Assembly: GCA_031394255.1 (NCBI GenBank) | Contig: JANMXA010000042.1 | Span: 25,505-89,504 of the forward strand | Origin: Gemmatimonadota bacterium | GTDB taxonomy: Bacteria > Gemmatimonadota > Gemmatimonadetes > Gemmatimonadales > GWC2-71-9 | Reading direction: 5' to 3' | Length of the DNA stretch: 64,000 nt | Shown: piece by piece, positions 10,288 through 19,050 of the stretch | How positions within the stretch are numbered: the first letter of the stretch is position 1 | How the letters are laid out: each line of letters begins with the position of its first letter | Notes under the pieces: generated by a model | Told to the model about the DNA's origin: nothing | The model's input: only the letters and a program-made list of their open reading frames with translations | The model's database searches: none | Position numbers and translations under genes: made by a program

Positions 10288-11283
10288 ATGTCGCGCCTGA
10301 GCCGCGTTGCGCTGCTGGCGGGTGGTTTGGCGCTGGCCGCGTTCGTCATCTGGCACAGCGGGCCGGCAGCCCTCTGGGCGGGCATCAGCGCGACCTGGTG
10401 GGTCGTCCCGATCATCGTACTGCTCTGGGGCGTCGTCTACCTGGGCAATACGATCGCCTGGCGGCTCCTGATCCCGGCCGATGCCCCTCCCCTCCCGCTG
10501 CATCAGGCCTACGCGATCACGGTGAGCGGGTTCGCCGTCAACTTCGCGACGCCTCTCGTCAGCTTCGGCGGCGAACCGGTCAAGGCGGCGCTCGCGTCAC
10601 CGATCATCGGCGGAGCCCAGGCGGCGGCGTCCGTGATCGCCTTCCGGCTCCTCCATACGGTCAGTCATCTCCTGGTGAACCTGATCGCCATCGCGCCAGC
10701 GTTCGTGCTGTTCCCGGCGACCCCGGTGATCCGCGTCGCCTTGGGGGCGATGGCCGTAATCCTCACCGCGATCATCTGGTTCCTGCTTGGGCGCCATCGC
10801 GACGGCCTGCTGGTCGACCTCGTGACCCTGATCGGTCGGATTCCGCTGGTCGGCCGGCTGGCTCGGCCGCTGCTCCCTTCGGTAGCGCGCCTGGAGGAGA
10901 TCGACCGGCACTTCACCGACACCTACCGCCAACGGCCGGCAGCGTTCCGGCGGGCGATGGCGGCGGAGATGGTGGCGCGCATGTTGAGCATGGTCGAGTT
11001 CGTCTTCGTCCTCTGGGCCCAGAGCGGGGAGTTCCGGCCCTTTGCCGCGCTGGCGCTCGGCGCATTCTCCTCGTTGTTCGTCAACGCCGCGGCGTTCGTA
11101 CCGTACGAGCTGGGGACCCGGGAGATCGTTCTCTATGGGCTGTTCCACACCATCGGACTCGACCCGGCCATGGGGACCCAGGCCGCCGTCCTTACCCGGG
11201 TCCGCGAACTCATCTGGATGACGATCGGCCTCCTGCTACTGAGCGCGATCCGACCGGCCAAGACGCGGACGCCAGCCGCCTGA
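10288..11283 (+). CDS. Flippase-like (lysylphosphatidylglycerol synthase TM region / UPF0104) membrane protein
   Basis: 331-aa polytopic membrane ORF. The N-terminal pattern (W..V..L.N.IAWRLL) is typical of the LPG_synthase_TM family. Confidence 0.6.
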   Translation: MSRLSRVALLAGGLALAAFVIWHSGPAALWAGISATWWVVPIIVLLWGVVYLGNTIAWRLLIPADAPPLPLHQAYAITVSGFAVNFATPLVSFGGEPVKAALASPIIGGAQAAASVIAFRLLHTVSHLLVNLIAIAPAFVLFPATPVIRVALGAMAVILTAIIWFLLGRHRDGLLVDLVTLIGRIPLVGRLARPLLPSVARLEEIDRHFTDTYRQRPAAFRRAMAAEMVARMLSMVEFVFVLWAQSGEFRPFAALALGAFSSLFVNAAAFVPYELGTREIVLYGLFHTIGLDPAMGTQAAVLTRVRELIWMTIGLLLLSAIRPAKTRTPAA

Positions 11284-12726
11284 TCAGGCTTCGTCGATCG
11301 TCATCGAGACGTACTTGATGTCGAGATATTCCTCGATGCCCCACTTGCCGCCTTCGCGACCCAGCCCGGAGTGCTTGACCCCCCCGAACGGGGCCTGCGC
11401 CGTCGAAGGCACACCGTCGTTGATGCCCACGATCCCGTATTCGAGAGCTTCGGTCACGCGGAACGCGCGGCTCAGATCCCGGGTCCACAAATAAGCGGCC
11501 AGGCCGACCGGCGTATCGTTGGCCCGGCGAATCACCTCCTGCTCATCGCGAAACCGGATCACCGGGGCCACAGGGCCAAACGTTTCCTCGCCCAGAATTC
11601 GCATGCCGGGAACGACGTCGCTCAGTACGGTTGGCTGGAAGACGGTTCCCCCCCCGGCTCGGCCACCGACCAGCGCGCGCGCCCCCTTGCTGATCGCGTC
11701 ATCGACATGACACTGGACCTTGGCGAACACGTCACCATCCACCAGCGGTCCGATCTGGGTGGTCTCGTCGAGCGGGTCCCCGGTCTTGAGCGAGGCGACG
11801 AGGGGGACGAACTGTTCCAGGAATCGATCGTACACCGACTCATGCACGTAGATCCGGTTGGTGCAGACACAGGTCTGCCCGCTGTTCCGGTATTTCGAGG
11901 CGGCCACGTCGCGTGCGGCCCGTTCCACGTCGGCATCGCCAAATACGAGGAACGGGGCATGACCGCCGAGTTCGAGGGAGAGGCGCTTCATCGTCCGGCT
12001 GGTCTGGGCGTACAGTCGCATGCCCACCTCGGTACTGCCCGTAAACGAAAGCTTGCGGATCCGATCGTCCTCGAGCAGCACGGTCGATACCGGCACCGGA
12101 TCGGCACAGGGAAGAACCTGCAGAGTCCCCGGAGGGCCGCCGGCTTCGAGCCAGAGTTCAGCTACCCTGAGGGCCGTGAGCGGCGACTGCTCGGCCGGTT
12201 TGACGATCATTGTGCACCCGGCGGCGAGCGCCGGCGCCGCTTTCCGGGTGATCATTGCGGCCGGAAAGTTCCACGGGGTAACGGCGAACGCGGGACCGAC
12301 CGGCTGCTTGAGAGCGAACAGGCGCTTCGTGGCGAACTGGCTCGGAATCGTCTCGCCATACACCCGTTTTGCCTCCTCAGCGTAGAACTCGACGAAAGCA
12401 GCGGTGTACCGGACCTCGCCGCGGGCCTCCACGACGGGCTTCCCCATCTCGAGGGCCATCAATCGGGCCAACTCATTCTGATGGGCGACGATGAGATCGT
12501 TCCACCGGCGAAGAATGGCGGCTCGTTCGTAGGCTGTCGTCTTTCGCCACGTCGCAAAGGCCGCGACCGCGTGGTCAGCCGCCCGCCGAGCCTCCGTCGC
12601 ACCGCAGTCCGTCACCTGGGCCAGCACGACGCCCGAGTAGGGGCTCTTCACCTCGAATGTCGAACCGTTGGCGACCCAATCGCCGCCAATCAGTGCTCGG
12701 GTCGGACTGGAACCGATCTCGTTCAC
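11284..12726 (-). CDS. gabD: NAD(P)+-dependent succinate-semialdehyde dehydrogenase
   Basis: Near full-length similarity to GabD by memory: ITPWNFPAAMITRKAAPALAAGCTMI, SLELGGHAPF, GQTCVCTNR (catalytic Cys) and GGVKHSGLGREG. Its stop codon abuts the stop of the convergent upstream gene. Confidence 0.9.
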   Translation of the reverse strand: MNEIGSSPTRALIGGDWVANGSTFEVKSPYSGVVLAQVTDCGATEARRAADHAVAAFATWRKTTAYERAAILRRWNDLIVAHQNELARLMALEMGKPVVEARGEVRYTAAFVEFYAEEAKRVYGETIPSQFATKRLFALKQPVGPAFAVTPWNFPAAMITRKAAPALAAGCTMIVKPAEQSPLTALRVAELWLEAGGPPGTLQVLPCADPVPVSTVLLEDDRIRKLSFTGSTEVGMRLYAQTSRTMKRLSLELGGHAPFLVFGDADVERAARDVAASKYRNSGQTCVCTNRIYVHESVYDRFLEQFVPLVASLKTGDPLDETTQIGPLVDGDVFAKVQCHVDDAISKGARALVGGRAGGGTVFQPTVLSDVVPGMRILGEETFGPVAPVIRFRDEQEVIRRANDTPVGLAAYLWTRDLSRAFRVTEALEYGIVGINDGVPSTAQAPFGGVKHSGLGREGGKWGIEEYLDIKYVSMTIDEA

Positions 12727-12750
12727 CCGCTACGCTCCCTTCCCTCGAGT

Positions 12751-14010
12751 TCAACGCCGCCGGGTACGGTCGACCACCACCGCCCCGCCCTTCATCACCC
12801 AGCGAACCCGCCGCGTCACCGCCGTGATGTCCGTGGTCGGATCACCCATGACCGCCACGACGTCCGCAAAGTAGCCGGGCGCGATCCGCCCAAGCGAGTG
12901 CTCCTGCCCAAGGACGGCGGCCGCGTTCGTGGTCGCCGTGGCCAGCGCTTCGACCGGAGTCATGCCCGCCTTGATGAACCATTCCAGCTCGAGCGTATTC
13001 TCCCCGAAACCCGTGAACACCGCATCCGACCCCATCCCGATCCTGACTCCGGCCCGGAAGGCGCGTCGCGTCGTTTCCAGGTTCCGGGCCACGAAGGCCA
13101 TGAGATCGCGCCCGTTCGCCTCGGTATAGCCGAACTCGGTCCGGTGATCGGCGTAGTAGCGGTTGTGATCGATGGTGGGCACGTACAGCGTCCCGCGCCG
13201 CGCCATCTCCCCAAGGGTGTCGTCGTCCAGATCCACCGCGTGCTCCACCGATTCGGCCCCGGCGAGCACCGCGTCGCGGGCCGCGATCGGTCCGTAGGAG
13301 TGAACCGTGACCCGCCGGCCGAGGGCATGCGCCTGGTCGACGACGGACTTGAGTTCCTCGAAGGTGAACGTCGGCGTGCCGCTCAGGTCGTCCGCGCTTC
13401 CGGTCGAGCCGAAGACCTTCACGAGATCGGCCCCCTGGTCGATTTGCTCCTTGGCCGCGCGGGCAACGGCCTCTGCCCCGTGTCCGGTGGCACCGCAAAA
13501 CTTCTTGTCGGGTTGCATGACCAGGCCGCAGCCCGCGACAAACATCCGCGGCCCGACGAGGTGACCATCAGCAATCAAGTCACGCAGGTAGACGCCGGTC
13601 CGGTCGGCGGCATACAGGTCGCGAACGGTCGTCACCCCGGATTCGAGGGTGCGTTCGAGATTGTCGCGGGCCAGAACCAGGAGGGTCGGCGCCGGTCGTT
13701 GGCCAAGTTGGTCCCAGGGCTTGCTTCCCGGTTTCTGGTCCCAGTAGTAGGTCATGTGAACGTGCAGATCGATCAGCCCGGGTACGGCCGTATACCCGCG
13801 GAGGTCCCGGACAACCTCACCAGCCGACGCCCCGATCCGCCCCCGGGCGACCTCGACGATCCGGTCCTGATCCACGGTGATGGTTCCGGGGCGGATGACC
13901 TCTCCGGTACCCGTGACGATGGCCCCGAATTGAAGTCGCTGGCGCTGGGCGACGACCGGGGTCATCGGAATCGCCAGCATCAGGGCGAGGACGCGAAACG
14001 AAGTCGGCAT
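12751..14010 (-). CDS. Amidohydrolase family protein, secreted (imidazolonepropionase / Xaa-Pro dipeptidase-like)
   Basis: Signal peptide MPTSFRVLALMLAIPMTPVVAQ, an HxH motif GLIDLHVHM, and later VHSYG and MGSDA motifs. Confidence 0.8.
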   Translation of the reverse strand: MPTSFRVLALMLAIPMTPVVAQRQRLQFGAIVTGTGEVIRPGTITVDQDRIVEVARGRIGASAGEVVRDLRGYTAVPGLIDLHVHMTYYWDQKPGSKPWDQLGQRPAPTLLVLARDNLERTLESGVTTVRDLYAADRTGVYLRDLIADGHLVGPRMFVAGCGLVMQPDKKFCGATGHGAEAVARAAKEQIDQGADLVKVFGSTGSADDLSGTPTFTFEELKSVVDQAHALGRRVTVHSYGPIAARDAVLAGAESVEHAVDLDDDTLGEMARRGTLYVPTIDHNRYYADHRTEFGYTEANGRDLMAFVARNLETTRRAFRAGVRIGMGSDAVFTGFGENTLELEWFIKAGMTPVEALATATTNAAAVLGQEHSLGRIAPGYFADVVAVMGDPTTDITAVTRRVRWVMKGGAVVVDRTRRR

Positions 14011-14074
14011 GGATACCTGTGGCGGAGTGACGTCCTGAGGCTACGTTACATCCTGACCCAACGCTAGGTGCGGA

Positions 14075-14365
14075 ATGTCTCGGGCGTTCGTAAAGGAAGA
14101 CAGTGAAGGGGCGGCGCCGCGCTACCCACTTCCGCCCGCGGCGGACCCGGGCTTCCCCCTGGCTTCCGCACGGGCCCTGCTCCAGGCCGCCAACCGGGCC
14201 GAAACCCCGAGCGCGGAGGAGGCAACCGGGTACACCTGGGGTGACCCCCGCCTGGTGGCCGAGATCCGCCGACTCCGCCAGGAAGCGATCGACGAGAAGA
14301 ACGACAGGATGGAAACCCTGTCGGAGCGGTTTCTGCGGACCGCGGGCCTTCCGATCGACGGATAG
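14075..14365 (+). CDS. Hypothetical protein (96 aa)
   Basis: The ORF begins MSRAFVKEDSEG. It sits in a gap between real genes with GC3-rich codons. No family assigned. Confidence 0.4.
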   Translation: MSRAFVKEDSEGAAPRYPLPPAADPGFPLASARALLQAANRAETPSAEEATGYTWGDPRLVAEIRRLRQEAIDEKNDRMETLSERFLRTAGLPIDG

Positions 14366-14403
14366 CGCTTGCCACCACCAACGGCGACGAGGCAACTTCC
14401 GGT

Positions 14404-16191
14404 ATGACCAACACCCAGACGAAGCGGGTTCAGTACGATGCGGTCGTGGTCGGCTCCGGCGCCGGCGGCGGCATGGCGGCTTTCCAGCTTGCCGTGAATG
14501 GGCTCAAGGTTTTGCTGCTCGAGGCCGGCCGAAACTACGACCCGCTCCGCGAAACGCCGATGTTCCAGTTGCCCAAGGACGCCCCTCTCCGGTCCGAGGG
14601 CACGGTCGACAAGCCCTTCGGGTTCTACGACGCCACGGTCGATGGCGGCTGGCGGGTGCCCGGCGAGCCGTACACCGTGGCTGAGGGATCGGATTTCATG
14701 TGGTGGCGGGCCCGGATGCTCGGCGGGCGGACCAACCACTGGGGTCGCATCTCACCGCGCATGGGGCCTTACGATTTCAAGCCGCGCTCCCGCGACGGCT
14801 TGGGGCTTGATTGGCCGCTCACCTACGACGAACTCGAATCCTATTACGACAAGACCGAAGCCCTGATCGGGGTCTACGCCCACGATCAGAGCCTCGAGAA
14901 TACCCCGGTCTCCCGGCATGGGACCCAGCTCCCGCCGCCCAAGCCCCGGGCCTTCGAGCTGCTGACAAAGAAATACGCCGCACCGCTCGGCATTCCGGTC
15001 ATCCCTGCCCCGATTGCCGTGCTGACCCGGATGCAGGACGCGGATCACTGGCCCGCGAAACTGTTTCCCGGCAATCCGCTCGCCCAGCGCGTCGTCCGGC
15101 AGTCCATGCGGTCGCGGCTCGCCTGCATCTATGCCACCGGATGCGGCCGCGGCTGTTCGCTCCGGGCGAACTTCCAGTCCACCACCGTACTACTCCCCCC
15201 CGCCCTCGCGACCGGCAACCTCACCATCGTCCCCAACGCGATGGTCCGGGAGGTCACGGTTGACCAGCGCGGCCGTGCCACCGGCGTGAGCTACGTCGAC
15301 AAGGCATCCCGGACGGACCGGCATGTCAGGGCCCGCATTGTGGTGCTCGCCGCCAGCGCCTGCGAAACCGCGCGCATCATGCTCAACTCGAAATCGGCGC
15401 TGTTCCCCAACGGCATCGCCAACACCAACGGGCTGGTCGGCAAGGGGCTGATGGACACGGTGGGTGCCGGTATTGGCGGCCAGATTCCGATGCTCGAGAA
15501 CCTGCCGCCCCATAACAACGAAGGCACCACGCGGCTCCACATGTACGTGCCGTGGTGGCAATACCAGGAACAACTCGCGGGCAAGCTCGACTTCGCCCGA
15601 GGGTACCATGTCGAGTTCGGCGGCGGCCGCGACATGCCCGATGCCGGAATCTTCTGGGGACTCGAGGACTACACCAACGGCGCCTACGGCAAACGGTTCA
15701 AGGAGGAAGCGCGCCGGTACTACGGATCGTTCGTCTACTTCGACGGCCGCGGGGAGATGATTCCGAATGACGACTCCTATTGCGATCTCGATCCCACGGT
15801 GGTCGACCAGTGGGGTATTCCCGTGCTCCGGTTCCACTGGAAGTGGAGCAAGCACGAAACCAACCAGGCATCCCACATGGTCAAGACCTTTGCCCAGCTG
15901 ATCGAATCCATGGGCGGCAAGGTCGTGGGCAAGCTCGAGACGGACGGCACCAAGGTGATCGCCAAAGGCGGCCAGATCATCCACGAAGTGGGAACCGTCC
16001 GGATGGGAGACGACGCCAGAACGTCGGTACTGAACGCCCACTGCCAGGCATGGGACGTCAAGAACCTGTTCGTCAGCGACGGAGCCCCGTTCGTCTCGAA
16101 CGCCGACAAGAATCCCACCATCTCGATCCTGGCACTGGCGTGGCGGACCACCGACCACATTCTCGCGGAAATGAAACGGGGGAACATCTGA
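14404..16191 (+). CDS. GMC family FAD-dependent oxidoreductase (gluconate 2-dehydrogenase flavoprotein-like)
   Basis: N-terminal Rossmann motif DAVVVGSGAGGG and a C-terminal GMC motif HEVGTVRMG. Confidence 0.85.
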   Translation: MTNTQTKRVQYDAVVVGSGAGGGMAAFQLAVNGLKVLLLEAGRNYDPLRETPMFQLPKDAPLRSEGTVDKPFGFYDATVDGGWRVPGEPYTVAEGSDFMWWRARMLGGRTNHWGRISPRMGPYDFKPRSRDGLGLDWPLTYDELESYYDKTEALIGVYAHDQSLENTPVSRHGTQLPPPKPRAFELLTKKYAAPLGIPVIPAPIAVLTRMQDADHWPAKLFPGNPLAQRVVRQSMRSRLACIYATGCGRGCSLRANFQSTTVLLPPALATGNLTIVPNAMVREVTVDQRGRATGVSYVDKASRTDRHVRARIVVLAASACETARIMLNSKSALFPNGIANTNGLVGKGLMDTVGAGIGGQIPMLENLPPHNNEGTTRLHMYVPWWQYQEQLAGKLDFARGYHVEFGGGRDMPDAGIFWGLEDYTNGAYGKRFKEEARRYYGSFVYFDGRGEMIPNDDSYCDLDPTVVDQWGIPVLRFHWKWSKHETNQASHMVKTFAQLIESMGGKVVGKLETDGTKVIAKGGQIIHEVGTVRMGDDARTSVLNAHCQAWDVKNLFVSDGAPFVSNADKNPTISILALAWRTTDHILAEMKRGNI

Positions 16192-16820
16192 TGGATCGTC
16201 GACACGCCCTCAAGGTGCTCGGCGCGGCCGCGGCCCTGCCGGCACTCGCCCCGGCGGACAGCGCCAAGGCGCCTGACCCGGCCATTCAAGGACCGGCCTG
16301 GACCGGTCCCGCCGGCACGCCGTCGGATCCGAACCTGGTCACGCCCCGGGTCTGGTGGCCGAGGAAACTGCTGGCTGGGGAACTGGTCACCCTGACCGCT
16401 CTCTGCGACACGATCATCCCGGCCGACAGCCACAGCCCAAGCGCCAGCGCCGTCGGCGTTCCCGGATATATCGACGAGTGGGCCAGCGCCCCCTACGACG
16501 ATAACCGGGAATCACTCGTGAAGTTGCGGGGCGGCCTGGCCTGGCTCAACGCCGAATCGGAGCGCCGGTTCGGGCGGCCGTTTGCCAGACTGGCGGAGAC
16601 GGAGCGACACCAGATCGCGGATGACATCTGCTACGAACCGAAGGCCAAATCCGAGTTCAAGGGCCCGGCCCAGTTCTTCGACATGATCCGCGACCTCACG
16701 GCCACGGGGTTCTACACGACCCATGAGGGCATGAAGGATCTCAAATACATTGGCAACGTGCCGCTCCAGAGATTTGACGGGCCACCGCCCGAGGTCCTGA
16801 AACACCTGGGACTCGCCTGA
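16191..16820 (+). CDS. Gluconate 2-dehydrogenase subunit 3-like Tat-signal protein
   Basis: The track ORF 15780-16820 was trimmed to ATG 16191 (MDRRHALKVLGAAAALPALAP, a twin-arginine signal). The start shares one nucleotide with the upstream TGA (TGATG). Confidence 0.75.
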   Translation: MDRRHALKVLGAAAALPALAPADSAKAPDPAIQGPAWTGPAGTPSDPNLVTPRVWWPRKLLAGELVTLTALCDTIIPADSHSPSASAVGVPGYIDEWASAPYDDNRESLVKLRGGLAWLNAESERRFGRPFARLAETERHQIADDICYEPKAKSEFKGPAQFFDMIRDLTATGFYTTHEGMKDLKYIGNVPLQRFDGPPPEVLKHLGLA

Positions 16821-16856
16821 GGCGCCGGCTGGGTTTGGCGTTTTTCGGCAATCGAC

Positions 16857-17576
16857 TCAAACCCTAGGCAAGGCAGCCATCACGGCCTCGAGTCGGGCCC
16901 GGTTCGGCATGCTCGCCCGGCCATATCCCTGGTCGGGCGACTTGTTGTCGAGAATCACACCTGACAGGTGCACCTCGGCAACGCCTGTTTCGCGCACCAG
17001 TTGAGCCACGTGCTCCCCCAGAACTCCGCCGCCGGCCAGGATCACAAGCCGACCGGCCGCACGGCGGGTCATCTCCGCCAGCACCCCACGGCCGGCAAAG
17101 GCCGTTGTGGGCCCTCCTGAGCTGAGCACCCTGACCACGCCCAACCTGACCAGTTGCTCGAGGGCCTCGGACAGGTCCGGCACCTGATCGATCGCCCGGT
17201 GGAACGTCACGGGAAGCGTCTCGGCGGCGGCGACCATGGCGCGAGTCGCTGCCTGGTCGATGTGCCCCGAACCGGTCAGGGCCCCGATCACGACGCCGTT
17301 CGCCCCCGCCTCCCGGGCGCGTTTGACATCCTCCGCCATGACTTCGACCTCGGACCAGTCGTATTGGAAGCCCCCGCCAGCCCCTCGAACCATGACGAAC
17401 ACGGGAACCCGGACTCGGCGTCGGACGGCCGCCAGGAGGCCCGGACTCGGGGTAAACCCTCCGAGTTCCAGACACTGACACAGCTCGATCCGGTCGGCCC
17501 CCAGGGCCTCGGCCATGATCGCTGAGGCCACGGAATCAACTGCGACCTCGACCAGGGTACGTTTGGGGGTTAGCAT
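16857..17576 (-). CDS. cutC: Copper homeostasis protein CutC
   Basis: Sequence LVEVAVDSVASAIMAEALGADRIELC...GGFTPS...TFHRAID aligns with CutC by memory. The start was trimmed to MLTPKR (17576), because the longer ORF to 17624 would overlap the divergent gene. Confidence 0.8.
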   Translation of the reverse strand: MLTPKRTLVEVAVDSVASAIMAEALGADRIELCQCLELGGFTPSPGLLAAVRRRVRVPVFVMVRGAGGGFQYDWSEVEVMAEDVKRAREAGANGVVIGALTGSGHIDQAATRAMVAAAETLPVTFHRAIDQVPDLSEALEQLVRLGVVRVLSSGGPTTAFAGRGVLAEMTRRAAGRLVILAGGGVLGEHVAQLVRETGVAEVHLSGVILDNKSPDQGYGRASMPNRARLEAVMAALPRV

Positions 17577-17613
17577 CTCTCTGGTTTCCGCCCTTTTGAG
17601 TGCAGGATCCGAC

Positions 17614-18057
17614 ATGACGAGCAAGGCCGATTCGGCGAATCTGATTCTCCGTCTCTACGAACTGAGGCGCGAGCAGACCCTGCGCGACGCCCGCGACTGG
17701 TTCGTCACCCGGTTCCATCCCAAATCGGCCGAAGAGGTCTTCTCGGTCTGGATGGGCCGGGACAGCGCCCCGTACCGGATGGTCACCACCTATTGGGACA
17801 TGGCCGCCGCGCTCGTGAATCATGGCGGCATCGATGCCGCCATGTTCAACGAATCCAACACGGAACACAACGCCGTGTTTGCCAAAGTGCAACCCTTCCT
17901 GCCCGAGTTGCGCCGCCGGGCCAGAATGCCGGACTATCTCGCCCACCTCGAGCGGCTGGTCCTGGCCCAGCCCGACGCCGAGGCTCGGCTCGACGTGTTC
18001 CGTCGCTACATGACTCACAAAGCCGCGCCCGCAGCCCCCACTACGGAGGTTCCATGA
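17614..18057 (+). CDS. Hypothetical protein (147 aa)
   Basis: Trimmed to ATG 17614 (MTSKADSANLILRLYELRREQ...). Soluble, with no recognised family. The stop overlaps the next start (ATGA). Confidence 0.5.
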   Translation: MTSKADSANLILRLYELRREQTLRDARDWFVTRFHPKSAEEVFSVWMGRDSAPYRMVTTYWDMAAALVNHGGIDAAMFNESNTEHNAVFAKVQPFLPELRRRARMPDYLAHLERLVLAQPDAEARLDVFRRYMTHKAAPAAPTTEVP

Positions 18058-18434
18058 CTGACCAGCGGCCCGGCCCGGGCGGTACGCCCGGCGGCTTGAG
18101 TGGCTTCCTGATCGGACTCGCTCTGGTGGTTGGCGGCGGTTACCTGATCCTGAACCAGGTGACCGTCACGACGACCTTCTGGTCGCTGTACGGCTACAAC
18201 GCCTTCGGCCTGTCGTTGATTCCGCTGCTGGTCGGGATCGGCGTCCTCTTCTTCAACGGTAAATCGGTCGCCGGCTGGTTCCTGACCGGTGCGGGAGCGC
18301 TGATCATCCTGCTGGGCGTCATCACCCACCTCCAGATCTTCTTCCAGGCGACCAGTCTGTTCAACACCCTGCTCATGCTCGGTGCCCTGGCGGCGGGCCT
18401 GGGTCTGATCGCCCGGTCGCTCAGGTCGAGCTGA
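18054..18434 (+). CDS. Small integral membrane protein (126 aa)
   Basis: Trimmed to ATG 18054 (MTDQRPGPGG...). Four predicted hydrophobic helices. Translationally coupled to the upstream gene. Confidence 0.55.
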   Translation: MTDQRPGPGGTPGGLSGFLIGLALVVGGGYLILNQVTVTTTFWSLYGYNAFGLSLIPLLVGIGVLFFNGKSVAGWFLTGAGALIILLGVITHLQIFFQATSLFNTLLMLGALAAGLGLIARSLRSS

Positions 18435-18446
18435 TCGGGGGAGGCG

Positions 18447-18920
18447 GTGCGAGCGCCCTACCAGGTGATCACCCGGACCGCGGAGGTTCGCCGAGGTACC
18501 GCGGTATTCGCCGGGAGCCGGGTCCCGGTCCGGACTCTGATCGACCATCTCGATCGGGGCGGAGCGCTGGAGGAATTCCTCCAGCGAAATCCCCAACTCG
18601 ATCGGGAAACGGTCCTCGCTGCCTGCGCCCTGGGGCTGGAAACACTGATCGGTACGGTACCGATCGAGCCCGCGGTCGAGCAAGGATCCCTGCTGCCCCG
18701 ACTTGACCAGGACGGCGCCATCGCCAACGCGCTCGAGTTGGGTGCGGCCCAGGTGGTGGGGCGCCGAGTCCTCTGCCCCGGATGCCGGACTCTGGTCTTC
18801 CGCTCCTGGCCAGAGGGATGGGACGGCCACGCCGCGAAGCGGTGCCGCGGTCTCAGGGCCCGCGAGCCCGAGGCTAGAAAGGTCGAGTTCAAACGGCGGT
18901 TCGAACACCTGTTCCGCTGA
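18447..18920 (+). CDS. DUF433-domain protein with Cys/His-containing C-terminal extension
   Basis: GTG start preceded by GGGGGAGG. The N-terminal roughly 70 aa match the DUF433 pattern (G.AVFAGSRVPVRTLIDHL..G..LEEFL...P.L.RE.V.AA). The C-terminus has CPGC...WDGHAAKRC. GC3 is high in this frame. Confidence 0.6.
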   Translation: MRAPYQVITRTAEVRRGTAVFAGSRVPVRTLIDHLDRGGALEEFLQRNPQLDRETVLAACALGLETLIGTVPIEPAVEQGSLLPRLDQDGAIANALELGAAQVVGRRVLCPGCRTLVFRSWPEGWDGHAAKRCRGLRAREPEARKVEFKRRFEHLFR

Positions 18921-19050
18921 GACCCCGGGGCAGGCCCCCTTCCGGCATTCGTGCTCGTCGCTCGACCGAAGCCCCCTTAGACTCCAGCGGCGGGGGCCGG
19001 CGGTCGGACCGGCGACGCTCTGCGCATCCTTGAACTCGATCCGTGAGACC

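Noticed and set aside
4460-10503. Long antisense ORFs (4460-6226, 6526-8037, 8641-10503) opposite the acylase, S9 peptidase and amidohydrolase genes.
   Set aside because: All three have Arg/Gly/Pro-rich, motif-free translations. The plus-strand frames carry unmistakable catalytic motifs (GSNAW, GGSYGG, DAHSHP). High GC content suppresses stop codons on the antisense strand.
11371-14067. An 898-aa plus-strand ORF spanning the gabD and amidohydrolase loci.
   Set aside because: It is antisense to two genes with strong family matches, crosses their intergenic gap, and has a low-complexity composition. It is not coding.
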